Positions 1 to 13,200 of a DNA stretch of 64,000 nucleotides are shown one piece after another. The position numbers and the translations under genes were made by a program. Source of the DNA: Caecitellus pseudoparvulus (taxonomy: Eukaryota > Protista > Bigyra: Bicosoecida). Within the stretch, counting starts at the first letter, position 1. Each line of letters begins with the position of its first letter. Location of the stretch: the NCBI GenBank assembly GCA_965644315.1, contig CBFFRQ010000096.1, forward strand, positions 248,001-312,000. Direction: 5' to 3'. Below the pieces are notes generated by a model. It was not told the DNA's origin. It made no database searches and saw nothing but the letters and a program-made list of their open reading frames with translations.

Positions 1-1098
1 GTAGACGTGCACACGCACGTGTACTTGCCACGATACTTGGAGATGCTCCGGTCTCGGGGCACAGTGCCCAAGGTTCAGACGGTGGGCGGGGAGGACCGCC
101 TCATCATCTTGCCTGGTGAAGATTCTGTTTCCACCACGGCAGCTGGCAGGCCAGTTGGCGGGGAGTACCACGACCCTGCCCGCAAGCTTGCTTTCATGGA
201 CACTCACGGCATCGATATTTCGGTGCTTAGCTTGGCAAACCCCTGGCTGGACTTTTTGCATGCTGGGGAGGCCGTTCCGCTGGCCAGCCACCTGAACGAC
301 GACCTGGACGCTGCTTGTGCGGCTTCAGGGGGCCGCTTCTACGGATTCGGAGTGCTGCCCATGCAAGATGTAGACGCTGCGTGTGCGGAGGTGGAGCGCA
401 TCGCTGCGTCTCAGCACCTGCGTGGGGTCATCCTCAGCACGCACGGGCGTGGCCAGTGGCTGGACGACCCTGCGCTGCTGCCGGTGTACAAGACGCTGGC
501 CACGCACAACATGCCGGCTTTCATCCACCCCCACTTTGGCGTGGGGAATGCCGAGTTTGGGGAGGAGTACGGCCACACGCTCTTCCTTGCCCTAGGCTTC
601 ACGTTTGAGACCACCACCGCCATCTGCAGGCTCGTGTGCTCTGGCCTGCTCGATGAAGTGCCAGACTTGAAGCTGCTGCTGGCCCACGCAGGGGGCACGT
701 TGCCGTTCCTTGCTGGTCGCCTGGACAGCTGTGTGGCGCACGACCTGACCATTGCTGATCGCCTCAAGCATGAGCCCTCTCACTACCTCAGGCAGTTCTA
801 CTACGACTCTCTCGTTTACCACCCTCCGGCACTGGAGGCCACAACTGCCTTCGTGGGGGCAGAGAACCTCATGTTCGGCACAGATCACCCTTTCTTTCCC
901 GCTCCTGGCGTGTCCAGGGAGCCCATTGGCCCAGACACGACGGTCACCAAGCTGGACACCGCCAAGTGGATGAGCACGACGAAGAACCAAGATATTCTGA
1001 CGGGGTACATGTCCGAGGCTCGGGGCTCCGCAGTGGCTGCCGGCGTCGCAGGCGGCAACGCAGCACGCATCCTGAACCTCACCATGCCTTCTGCGTAG
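1..1098 (+). CDS. Amidohydrolase-2 family decarboxylase, uracil-5-carboxylate (isoorotate) decarboxylase-like; 5' partial
   Basis: Frame open from base 1 (VDVHTHVY, metal-binding HxH). Motifs SLANPWLDF, FIHPHFG, LALGFTFETT, LAHAGGTLPFLAGR and MFGTDHPFF match fungal IDCase as I recall it. Confidence 0.85.
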   Translation, partial: VDVHTHVYLPRYLEMLRSRGTVPKVQTVGGEDRLIILPGEDSVSTTAAGRPVGGEYHDPARKLAFMDTHGIDISVLSLANPWLDFLHAGEAVPLASHLNDDLDAACAASGGRFYGFGVLPMQDVDAACAEVERIAASQHLRGVILSTHGRGQWLDDPALLPVYKTLATHNMPAFIHPHFGVGNAEFGEEYGHTLFLALGFTFETTTAICRLVCSGLLDEVPDLKLLLAHAGGTLPFLAGRLDSCVAHDLTIADRLKHEPSHYLRQFYYDSLVYHPPALEATTAFVGAENLMFGTDHPFFPAPGVSREPIGPDTTVTKLDTAKWMSTTKNQDILTGYMSEARGSAVAAGVAGGNAARILNLTMPSA

Positions 1099-1247
1099 GC
1101 ACGGGGCGAAGTAATGTGCCATAGCATCACGTGGCGGTGTGCTGGCCTCGCAGAGCAGGAAGCACCACAGCAGTCAGGGCGGGTGGCAGAAAAGTGCATT
1201 TCAGTGGAACAGCAATGCAGTAAACAAACGACAAGACGCGGTCCCCC

Positions 1248-4200
1248 TTACCCGATGACAGTCACCTCCTCATCCTCATCGTCCTCGCTGCCGCCCTCCA
1301 GCGCCTCCTTGAGAGCTGAGAGCAGGCCCTCCACGTCGTCATCGTCACTTTCGTCGGCAATGCGGTCGCCGTACGCCGCCATAAAGCGGGTGAACCCTTC
1401 ATCGACGTCGTCAGCATTCTCGCGCTCCCGCTCGATTTCAATAGCCACGTCGATGGTGATGCCGACAAACACCTGGCTGAACAGCACCGCCACCAAGGCA
1501 ACGTATGCCATGAAGTAAAATGCCGGGTTAATGCTGTTGGAAGCATCTACCAACGCGTACATGATGTCATTCCAGCTCTCAGCCAGCATGAGAACGTAGA
1601 GCGTGCTCATGGCAGACTCGAACGTGTCGAAGTTGGCGTTGCGCATGATCCCCACGACAGAGGGAGGCAAGTCTGACATGAGCCCGGCAAAGGCCCAAAT
1701 GCCAAGCACAGCGAAGGCATACATGACAAGCAACAGCAGGGCAAGGATGGAGAGGAACTTGTGAGCTTGTGCGATCAGCCCAAAGACCAATGCACGTGTC
1801 GCATGTACGACAGAGAACAAGCGCAGGACTGGCAGGACCATGGACAGGCGGGCCAAGTCGTTCACTTGCAGTGTCTGCAAGGAGTCCGCGTCCACAGAGT
1901 CGAGGCGAGCTTGGAATCCACCTGTGCTGGAGGTGGTCACGAAGAGACTTGCCAGAGCCACGATGATGGTCAGTACGATGATGAAGAAGTCGTAACGGTT
2001 CGCAGCGGTCTGGAACGGCGCCTGCTTCTCCTCTGGTGCATCGTCACTGGAGCCAGCGCTCGCTGCGGCGGCTGCGGCGGCTGCGGCCGCCGCATTCATC
2101 CTGGACGAACCAGCTGCTCCGCCGGACGAAGGGATGCGCCGCAGCGATCCAGTGCGTGCCATGTGGACAGCGTGGGAGGACCCTGTTGGCGAGGGCATGG
2201 ACTCTGTGCTGCGGGTTCTGCTGAGGGCTGCGGCGACTGCCGCTGGGTTGGAGGCGCCCGTGACAACCTGACGTGTGGCTTTCTTCTTTCCGTACCAGAA
2301 TCGCTTCCAGCCCACTGCCGCGATTCGCAGCAGGAGCTCCAGAGCGTACAGCAGAACGAAGATGGGCAGGACAGAGTCGATGAAGGGGCCGAGCTTGGTG
2401 CCAAAGAGGCAGATGGCCCACGTGTTGATGATGACGACACCCAAGATGAAGGAGTCAAACTTCACGTCCAGTTCGTTGTTGAAGAAGCGCTGCAGCCATT
2501 GCTGGCTTCGCAAGATGCAGCCCAGCAATGCCAGGCGACGCAAGCCATCGTTCATGGACTTTGTGACCATTGTGAAAATGAGGCGCTCTGACTGGTAACT
2601 GCGGCGTTCAAAGTTGAAGTTCTTCTTCACAATCAAGTACTCACACAGGTGGACGAACTCAGGAGGCCCTAGGCGATCTGGCAGCTTCTCATAGTGCTCC
2701 GTCTTGACCCCCGAAGAGGCTAGGAAGCGGGCGTACTCCTTGCGCTCCAAGCACCCCGATCCATCGTCATCGAGGAGGGAGAACGCAAGCACCAGGGCCA
2801 GGCGCCGCTTCTGCGTGCGGGCTTCCCTTGTGCGAGACTCGGACTCCGAAAACCGCTCCTGGAAGTGTGCGATGAGCAAAGACACCAAGATGAACAAGCC
2901 GATGAAGGAGATGACGATGAACATGGGCTTGAACAGCACCGCCAAGCGTCCGCCTGCGACCGAGGAGGTGTCGGACGCGCGGTAGACCACTTCGTTGTAG
3001 TTCTCGCCGGTTGTCACGAACACAAACATGGTGATCCATGCCGACTGGAACTCGGAAAACCCCCGTCCCGAGCCGTCTCCCTCTGTGCTGAGTGCTTGAG
3101 GCAGTGACACCGCCCGTTGGAAGCCACTGCCTGCAGCAGAGGCCACGGCGCCAGCCATGCCTGCTGCGTTGCTGGCGAGGGCAGAGAGCGCGGAGATCGA
3201 GGCAGCCAGGGTCGCGTCGGCTGCAGAGGCGACAATCACCGCATCATCCCCGGAGGATGCTGGGCTGTCTTCATTCGCCCCTCCAGCAGCCGCCGCCACC
3301 GCGGCGTCATCGGTGAAGACAGGGAACCGTAAATCTGACCTGGAGGATAGCAGTGCGATAGAGACACCGGCTGTCACAGCCAAGAAAGATGCGAACAGGG
3401 CCAACACACGCCTGGCCAAGATGAGGGTGGAGGAAAACGACCCCAAAGCCGAGCGGAGCGTCGGAACCCGAGCGATGATGTACAGGGGCCGCAGGATGGC
3501 CGTGACAGGCAGCAGAGTGGAGGTGCGCCCGGTGCGGTACCCGACAAACACGCGCGCACACCAGTCCACGACGAAGATGAACAGCAAGACGACACGCACG
3601 AGAAACAGCGTGCGCAGCTGGCCCTCTCGCTTGACTGCCCGTGGCTTGCCGTCAGCTTCTTCGTAATACTTGGCTCGGCGCCGAGCGCCACATGTGGCCA
3701 GGCCGTACAGGACATCGGCGACACGGGCTGAGCAGGTGCCAATGGCAGCGTCAGCAGCATCCTCTTCATCCAGCAGCGCTGCCTTTGCAGGAGTCATGCC
3801 CGAGTCGCCTTCTGCGCCGTATCCATCCATTCCCAGCGCCACAGCACCATGGTGCATGGACTGCCACTTGGCGTAGCGGCGGCACCAGGGTGCTGCCGCA
3901 TCGAACAGCCGGACGTAGTGCCGCCGCACTCCTCGCGCATACCAGATGAGCAGTGTGTCAGCAACTAAGATTAGCAAGCAGAGAAGCTCCACTCGCAGGA
4001 CTCCACCCCGCAGCCACTCATCTTCCCTCTGCACACCAAACTGGTCCACGCCAGAGCCCCCAGACAAAGGGCTGGATACGTCCCCTGCGGCGTACGACTC
4101 CTGTGTTCCGGGAACGCCGTTTTCCTGGGCCGCAACGTCAATGGAGTCACCCCAACTGCCTCGGTCCAGAATACCCAAGCTCCACGCATACGCCTTCTGC

Positions 4201-7200
4201 AGGTACCAGCCAGACACGATGCCGCTGTCAGCCTGGGCGCCGCCGAACGACCGCATGCGCAGCGTGGCAAGTCCGGTCCCTGCAGATGCAGTGCTTGGGC
4301 TTCCAGCTTGCAGGTTGGAGCCTATGGTGATGAGGGTGTCCTCCGAAGCAGGGCTGGCAAAGAGGACATTGCCGCGCCCCACTTGGCCATCCACTGTGAC
4401 GCCGGGCGGCAGGTCAGTGACGCTCTGCACCATGTCCACACCTTCAACGCCAACGACGAGGTCGCCTGCTGCCCCAACCGCAGCGGCGGGCGTGGTCAGG
4501 GGGATGGTGCCTGCAAGGGATGCAGTTGGGCCAGCTTCCCAGAATGCCAGCCCCAGGAACAGCACGAGGAAGATGTACACTGTCACAGTATACGACTTGG
4601 TTGACACGACCCGGTTAGACCACTCCCGCGCCCAGTGGGAGCGCGCTTCGAAGTACAGAGTCTCAAGGGGGTGGGCATCAGAGACGTAGTAGTGAATGAA
4701 CTGCCGCGCGCGACGGAAGAGCGTCTGTTCACGGGCGCTGAGCGGCAGCACGGTGCCGCCCGCGGTGGACGTGCGGCGCAGGTTTGCCATGGGGTTCTTC
4801 ACAGTCGCAGCGGGTGGCGTGGACAAAGGGTTCATGGTGGTGGCTTTGCCCTTGCCCAGGCTCTGCGAGGACGCCGAGAAGGACTGCTCCGCCGCGGCAA
4901 CTCGCGATCGGTACATGTCCCACGCACCCCCCTCCATGACGATGCCACGCACAACTGGGTACAGCATGCGGAAGGTCGTCCAAATGCCCACATCAAACGT
5001 CTCCTCTGTCTGGCCGGGCTTCTGCCCAGCGGCAGCTGCAGCTGACACCACCGCGGAGCTGCGCATCATGCCGCTCGCAAGCGGGGAACTCATGGGCGGC
5101 AAAGATGCGGATTTCCTAGGGGACAGGGGGCTTGCCAGTGTGCTCATGCGTTTGGCTGCCATGATGGAGGCAGCAGCACCCCGCAGACGCGCAGCTGGTG
5201 AGCGCAGACTTCCGCGGCCCGACGACCGACGCGAGTCTGGGTGGTCTGCCGCAGATGCCGCGCCCTGCACGTCCACAGAGAGGCCTGACCCTCGCTTCGA
5301 CTTTGAGCTCCGACGACGAGCACGGCCGGCAGCACTCAGCTTTGACTCTGCGATGCCCGGCGAATCCTCTCCAACGGACTCTAGTTTGGGGAAGCTCCGG
5401 CCCGCTGGCGTGGCCAAGGCGCCCGTGCCCGACTTGAGCACCTTGCTCATGCGCACCATGCGGACGATGTCGCCTGCCACCTTGCTCATGCGGCCCTTGC
5501 GGGGACTGAGCGGGCCCTTGACAATTGCCCCTGGCTGCGGACTGGCAGCTGCAGAGCTCACTGGCGAAGTGGGCAGGGGGCCAGCCTTTGCCTCCCGCTT
5601 CATCGAGCGGGCATCTCGCACTGCCTGGGAGATGGAGGAAGCTGCTTGGTCCTTCTGCACCTGCTGAAGTGTCTTGGACAGCAGGGGCTGCCTGGCAGGC
5701 GCGGCACCGGCGCCGGCTGCCTTGGCTGCACGCTTGCCCTCCAGACTGGACGACAGCACTGCCAAGTCCTGCTGCACTGCCAGCCCAGAGCCACCCGCCG
5801 CATCGGGGGACAGCACGCTCATCTTCTGCAGCGCTTGTCGCACGGCAGCGAGCTGCGCTTCAAGGCGCTCGGCGCGCACCTTCCGCGCATGCTGGGCCAG
5901 GGCAGTGGTGATGGTGGCTGTCAACACCACCGACAGCAGGATAGCACCGACAGCGACAATGAAGGCAATATTGGTCCACAGGTCGCTCTCTTCGTTCAGG
6001 GGTGCTCGGTGCACAGTGCAGTGCACGATGAGGTCCAGGCTGTTGCCCAGGCGCAGGGACGCCCAGTCGCCCAGCGCCAACGCGCCGACGGCTTGCATGG
6101 CCCACGTCTGCAGCTGTGTGAGCACAAAGCCAGCATGCTGCTTCTCAGCACTGGTGGCGGTGACAGGCCCTTCATAGCCAGACAGCGCCTGCAAAGACGC
6201 GGCGGCAGCCGTTGGGGCAAGGCCCACCACTCGCGCCAGGGCGGGTGCAGACAGGCCTGTGCTGGAGACACTGCTGCCAGAGGCCAGTGTGGCCCAGGAC
6301 GCGGCGACACTGAGAAAGGCCGCTGTTGCCTCCGCGCTGATGTGGGCAGTGCTGGACGACACGCCTCCCGTGAGGGTGGACGAGTGCACCAGGGCACGGC
6401 GGGGGCCGAGCCCGCCAGTAGCAATGAAGGGGGAACCGCGGCCCATGGCGAGGGACGCCAGTGTCTGCGTACTACTGACGTTTAGCGCGGCAGACACCAT
6501 GCCGAACACGCCCCCCACGGAGGCAATGTACACGTCGTCGCTCTCGGTGGGCAGCAGCCGCTGCAGCAGGCCTGAGCTGCCGTCAATGCTTGTGGAGGCG
6601 CCATGCGAGGAAGCCACCATGAGCCCGGCAGGGATGAGAATGTAGCCTTCCCCCCTTGAAGCGCTGGAGTCGGTGAAGAGGGCTGCGGCCGGCCCGCCTT
6701 GTGCAGTCGGCGTGGATGGTGGGGAGTCAGACAGCTGGTTGTCAGAGTACGTCGGGAGCGGCCTGCCGTATGCCGCTGGCGCCAGTAGCGGCAGCAGGGC
6801 TTGGGCCTGCTGCGTGGACAGCACAGTGGGCGGCGCAAAGGGAGACACGCTGGCTTGCCGTACAGCGAACAGTGTCGCCTCCAGGGAGTAGAACAGGCGA
6901 GGGAGCCACAGGCCAGCGCTGGCTGCCGAATACAGTCCACGCTCAGCACTGCCCGCGACAGGGCTGGTGCCCCCATAGTACTGCTGTGTGGATACCATGT
7001 CAGCCAGTTGCAGCGCGGACGTTTGGGAGGCGAGCGAACTTGCCATGCTCGTCAGCACTGCGCCACTGCCAACGTTGGCCACGTCTGCTGCGCCAGCAGT
7101 CATGGCAGAGGCGAATGAGCCTGTGAAGCGGCTGGCCAGAGTGTTGGACGCCTGTGTCGTCGCGATGCCTTGGGAGTAGGCGAGCAGGCGGGAGAGCGTG

Positions 7201-10200
7201 ACGGCACGGGTGGACAAGGAGCGTGCGAGGCGTGAGCGGCCCTCAGTGATGAGCACACGATTACCAGGAGGCAGGGAGATGGAGGCAACTGTGCTGGAGC
7301 GGCTGCTCTCTGCGTCCTGCTGCGCCAAGGCGGCGAGCTTCCGCGCTGGCGTGGCGCACTCCGACCCAAACAGCTCAACGCAGATGCCGCCACGGGAAAT
7401 GCCGGAGTACAACTCATTATCGGGGTGCCCGTTCAATGACGCAGCGTGCTTGGATGCGACAGCTGCGAGGTGCTGCACCCCGACTTCGCTGCTGAACACC
7501 AGCCCCTGCGCTGGCAGGGACGACGACACGGCCGGCCACCAGGCAGCTCCAACTGTCGGATTGGGCTGCAGCATGGCAGCCGTCGCAGCCGCGCTGTTCA
7601 CGGCATCCCCAGCTGCAAGCAGAGGTAGTAGGGTGGACGTGGCGGGTGCCGGTGGCAGCAGCCGCAGGGTGTGGTGCTGCGCCGGGGCGGAGGCTTGCAT
7701 GGCCGCAAAGCTGCCACGCTGAAGCTGCACACCATGATGCACCAGGGCCGCGGCAAGACTGTCAGTAAACACAGTCGCCGAGGAAGGAGTCCAGCCTAGC
7801 ACCTGCATCTCCCCTGCCGTCGCTGCCAGGGTGACAATCGTGGCGGTGCCAGATGAAGAGTTCACCAGCAGCGCATCTGGGACAGACGGGGCCGGGGCTG
7901 TTCCAGCGGAAGCCCACCCTGCCCGTCCCCACTCCTGGGCGCCTCTGCATGCAGCAGCTAGAGTGCTCGCTGAAGCATTTGGCTGCACGGCGCTGCCCAG
8001 TCCCAAAGCGAGCGCGAGCCTGGATGCGTCCGGGCCGAGGCCGTTCGGTGTCGCGGTGTTCAGCAAGGACGGCATATTTCCAAGCAAGCTGCTGGCTGCA
8101 ACGGCATGCACAGCAGCCCATGAGGCCGCAGGCACCTGCCCCGTTGCAGCCCCGGCGAGGGTTGTAGATGCGGCCACGTGCAGGTTGGCACCAGATGTGC
8201 TCTGTGTGCCTTGCCCCAGCAGACTCGTGTGACTGCCCAGGCGGCGGGACATGAGGCGCATGCCAACTTGCTGGGAAGGCGTCTGCAACGCGGACGCACC
8301 AATTGACACGCTCCAGATGGGCACCAGCACGGCAGAGGCATTCACAGCCCCCCCCCCCGAAAGAGCCAGCGATCCCGAAGACGAGGCAGTAGCCAAGGCG
8401 CCCGTGGCGGTGGCTTGCACGCGGGAAAGGACAGTGACTGCGCCTTGAGTGAAGGTGCTACTGCGGAGAGTGCCTCCCATGGCCCCTGCACTGGCCACAT
8501 CTCGCTGCATAGTGCCTGGGAAGGACGTGACGGGGCCCCAGCGTGGGGGATCTGCGCTGCCCGCGGATGCCAGTGCAGCAGCAGTGGCATGCATCGGAGA
8601 CAAACCTGAAGCAAGGGAGGCAGCCTCCCACGCCAGGGCAGTGGCAGCCATGTCTGCAGTGCACAAGGCTGACTGCCCAGACGCCGGCTGCCGGGCCAGT
8701 GCGAGCTCTGCAGCTGCCCCGTTCGCGCCCCCGAACGGGCCGTACACCGCCGCCATCGTTTCAGTGGCAGACACGTACCAATCTCTGTCCACGTTGCCTC
8801 GTGCAGAGGGGGTAGTGAAGTCTGATCGGGTCGAAGACAGCCCCAGTGGGCCCACCGGTGAACTCCACATGGCTTGGGTAACCTTGCTGGCGCGCTCCCT
8901 CAGTGGGCGTGGCACTTGTTCTGACCATGACAGGGCAGTGGAGGTGGTCACACCCAGGACCGACGCCAGTGTCAGGACGAGGTGAGAGGATGACATGGGG
9001 GAGGCTGACGTGCCGTCTGACAAACTCAGCACACCACCACCGACACCCCACGCTACGGTGCGCTGCTGCACCGGCGAGCTGCTGGCCACAGCGGCCGCCG
9101 CTGCCTGGACATCTGCTGCAGCCATGAACGGCATGTGCCCAGACTGAAAGAGTAGTGTTGGAGGCGCTGCCGTGCCGCCACTCGTGAAGAGGCCTCCGTC
9201 GGAGACGTGCACTGCCAGCGCCCCGCCAGCCGCGACCCAGTGCTGGGGTGGGCCCGCGGCGGGAGTCACGACCAGGCCAGTTGCAGCCACAGCAGGGGAG
9301 ACAGTGACACTCACTCCCTCCGCAGTGGAGGCTGCATCCGGTTCATGGAGGAAGGTGGAGCTCGCAAGCGGGTCCTCCATGTCCACGGCAGACAGGGTGA
9401 AGCGCTGCGGCAGGCCGACGCCAACCTTCAAGGCGGAGGCAGCTGAGTCCAACGCACAGGCAAGGAAGCCAGCTGTGCGGGTGGCGCCCGCAAGCAGTGC
9501 TTGCAGTGCCACTGCTGCGTTCCCTTGGGCCTCGCTGTCAGGTGGGGGCGTGCTGGCGGGCGCGGTGGCAGCCAGCAGACGGCGAAGGAGGGCTGACCTC
9601 CCCACTGCCGTCGTGTTCAAAGGCGAGGCTTTGGCGTCCAAGCGCTGCTGCATAGAAGCCTGGGCTGCCGCGGAGCAAGCTGAGCTAGGCGCAGTGCTCG
9701 CCCACGCGCCATGAGTCCCATTCACACACTCAGACGGAGCTAGCTGTGCAGGACTTGAAAGGCTAGACAACGCAGCTGAGAGGGCAGCGGAGGAGGATGC
9801 GATGCCTGGGGCTCGGCCAGAACTGGGAAGCGTTTCAGCAGCACGCGAGGCAGCAGGTTGAACTGCCAGGTGTGCCACAGCATCAGTCAGGGAGGCTGCT
9901 GAGGATGGCTGAAGTGGTGGTGCCAGGCTCGGCAGGGACATGCCCAGCATGCGCTGTGTTAGTGCGTGCAGGGCGACAGGCATGGCTGCTGCCCACTGGA
10001 CGGCGCGTGCTGCTCGGTACCCCTGCACCTCCACCACTGCTGTGTTGAGATCGCCCACGGCAGACGACCACGCGCTAGTCCACTGCAGGTACACGACCAG
10101 CACCAAGCCAAAGGTGACGAACATGACTGCGAGAGTGGTGCGCCCGATTCCACCGTTCTGACCAGCCAGTTCCTCTTCGTCTTCCTCTTCTGCAAGCTGC

Positions 10201-13200
10201 ATAGCAGCGTCGCTGCTCACACTCTCACCCACTGTGGCTGCTGTGGCAGTGGAGGCGGTGGACATGGCTGCAGATCGGGCACTGCCCAGCAGGTCCACAT
10301 CACGACGCTTGGCCAAGGCCCCCAAACTCTCCCTCCGGCGATCAGTGTGGGCGGGAGATGGAGTGCCACCCGCAGACTGCTCATCAGGCACCACGCACAC
10401 GTGCGCCTTGCCACCCTTGCCGACGACCACAGACACACGCCGCCTGGGTCTCGGTGGTGCGTGTGGGGATCGAGGCCCGTCCTGCTGTGGGTCAAGCATG
10501 CGGTCAGCCATGGTCTGCAACAGGTTCGTGGTCCACTGACGCCCTGCCGTGGACTTTGCCCTGGAGCGGGCTGACGGGCCAGCCTTGCTTCGAGGGCGGG
10601 ACACGGGCCCTGCCTCAGAGCCGGCGCGTGACGCTGGCTCCTCATCCTCAGTTCGCAGGTCATGGCAGCAGTCTACACACGCAGCTTTGGCGTGGGTGAA
10701 CATCTTATACTTGGCTTGGGCCACCACCAGCAAAGTGGTGACAAGGATGACGAGCGTGAGCACCGTGGGCACCAGAAGCGGATACCACAGGTATCCCGCA
10801 AAGGCTGTGCGCGACACGGCAACCGTGACAGTCCATGGTGGCATGACATGACTGCCCGTGGTGTTGGCGCTTCCGCTGGCAGGCGCAGGCAGCACAGACA
10901 TGTCGTCACAGTGCCACACCTGGTCTGTCGCGGCAGCTGGCAGCTCCCACATGCCTCGCAAGCTCTGCCACGGGTCTGCATCGGGTGCCGGGCGGGCAAA
11001 GGCCTTGGCCGAGCAGCGGCTGTGGGAAGCATACCATTCCTGCCACGCTGCCAGGGCGCTGGTGGCTGGGAGTGGGGCGGAGAAGGAGGAGGCTTGACCA
11101 TCAGGCAAGGAGGCTGCACTGGCGGAGCCCCCTTCCCACCACAGCGCAGCATTCTGCCGACTTGCCCTGTGAGCCGTGTACGCGAGGGGCTCTGACAAGG
11201 GGTGTGCAGCGGCAAAGCGGTCAGCCTGGTCCGCCGTTTGCCACGGCAGGCGCAGCAGCGCGGGCTGCGACGAGTCCAGGCCATTTGCCAGCACTGTGCG
11301 GGTGAATGGCGTGGCGATAGTGCCTTCGGCTGCGAGGGCAATTGAGTCCGTGGCTGGTCGGCGGTAGCGGGACGTGCCGGCGAATCGCCTGCGGGCTTTG
11401 GACAGCACTGCTCCACTGCAAGCAGGCAGCGGGTAGAACTCGCCTGTGAGGATGCCCGCTGAAGGTACAGGGCCTTCCATGCCCCCTGCCTCGGAGGGCG
11501 CAGCGAAGGCTTCCCTTCGGCGTGCTGCGGCAGCCTGCACGCCTGAGCTCTTGCCCACGGCGGTTGCGGCGGACGCCTGGCCGAGGATGCTCCCCAGGGA
11601 CCCAGGAAAGTTTAACTGAGCAGATTCCAACCACTGACCTGCTCGTGCAACGGACAGCTGCCACAGGCCATGCAGGGTGGTTGCGTCCACGACAGTGCCT
11701 TGCGCCGGATCGGGGGCGCCTTGGCCCAAGGCCGCGCCATCCGTCATGCTGGATCGAGCAGGTGCATGCAGCAGTTCGTTCACTTGGGCCATGGAGCCTG
11801 GTGCGCCGAGGGAAGGGGAAGACGCATCGGCCGCGCTAGACTGGGCGGAAACGAAGCTGCCTGTGGACAGCCCCACGCACATGTCCGTGTCTTCTTGCCC
11901 GCGCTGCCCGGCTGAGAGGAATGCAAGGGAGGAGCCTGAGGCAAGCACGTCATCTACGTACTGTGCAGCACCTTCCCCTGACACTGTGTGCAAGCGATCA
12001 GACAGCACAGACAAGGGGATAGCCAGGGACGTCACCACCACAGAGCTGCCGCTGCAAGACGCCTCCTGCACTGCTGGTCCCCCAGCGCCCGCCAGTTCCG
12101 CGGCCTCTGCGAGGGTAAAGGCGGCGCCCAGGTGCGCGGGAATGCGATGACGCAGAGTCAGCACGGCCACGAGGTCGTCTGGGCTGCCAGTAATGTTGGG
12201 CGCTGGAGACGCGACTGTAGCCCCAGCGCTATCTCTGCCCCACCCTGCCACTTCCGCCAGGCTGTGCACAGACCAGAAGGAGGCAGGCAAGGCAGCACTA
12301 GAATTGTGCAGGGACGCTGTGGATGAGCCACAACCCCCTGCGGCGTCATTAGGGCGCAGAACACCGGCCAGGTACGGGCGTGCAGCAACCATGGAGCGCA
12401 GCCAGGCATGTGGCTGCGAAGCAGGGGCACACAGGCAACCACGCTGGCGCACTGCAGCGTTAGGGTCGAGCGTCGTGGGGACAGTGCGCTGTAGAATGCG
12501 CCTGGCAACTTCCTGTGGCTCCTGCCCGCTCCCTTGAAGCGTTGTGTTCATGCTACCGGCAGCCTTGGTCGCCAAGGGCAGAAACGCCAGGGGATCATCA
12601 CTGGCACCCGGGCCACCCAGTGCACCACCCTCGTGGGCCCGACTGGAGGCAGCAGCCAAGAGCTGCGCCGCTGGCAGCCTGGTCGACGGCCTGCCCTCGC
12701 CGGGCTGCAGCAGGGCGGCGTGGTACCAGATTGGCACCTGCGTCCATGGGTGGGCAGCGTCGTCATTGGCACACAGGAAGATGCGAGAGGCCAGTGCGGC
12801 CGTAGATGCGCTAGCTTGCCACCACCAGCTGGGCTGAGCCCAAGGCTGTGCAGGCGCGGCACCCCACCGGTCTGCAGCGTGGCTGGGGCTGTGCAAGGTG
12901 GAGGCCGTGCCCGCACCTGCTGGCGAGAGTGGTTCATGTGCAAACGGGGCGGGCGGCGTCCAGTCTTGTTCAAAGAAGCAGGCGCAGTTGTCACCCGTGC
13001 TGGCAGGGGGAGCGGACATCTGGGCAGAGCCATGTGAGTGCAGTGCACCACGCACCGGCGCCTGGAGGTCCTCCCACAGCTGCTGCTGTGCTGTGAGAGG
13101 GGGCGCGGTACCAGCGGGATCGAAGCGAGGCGCCACCGAAGCCCATGAAGACACGTAGGAGGGCGATGCTCCAGGAGCCGCTGAGCGGCGTGCTCCTCCC

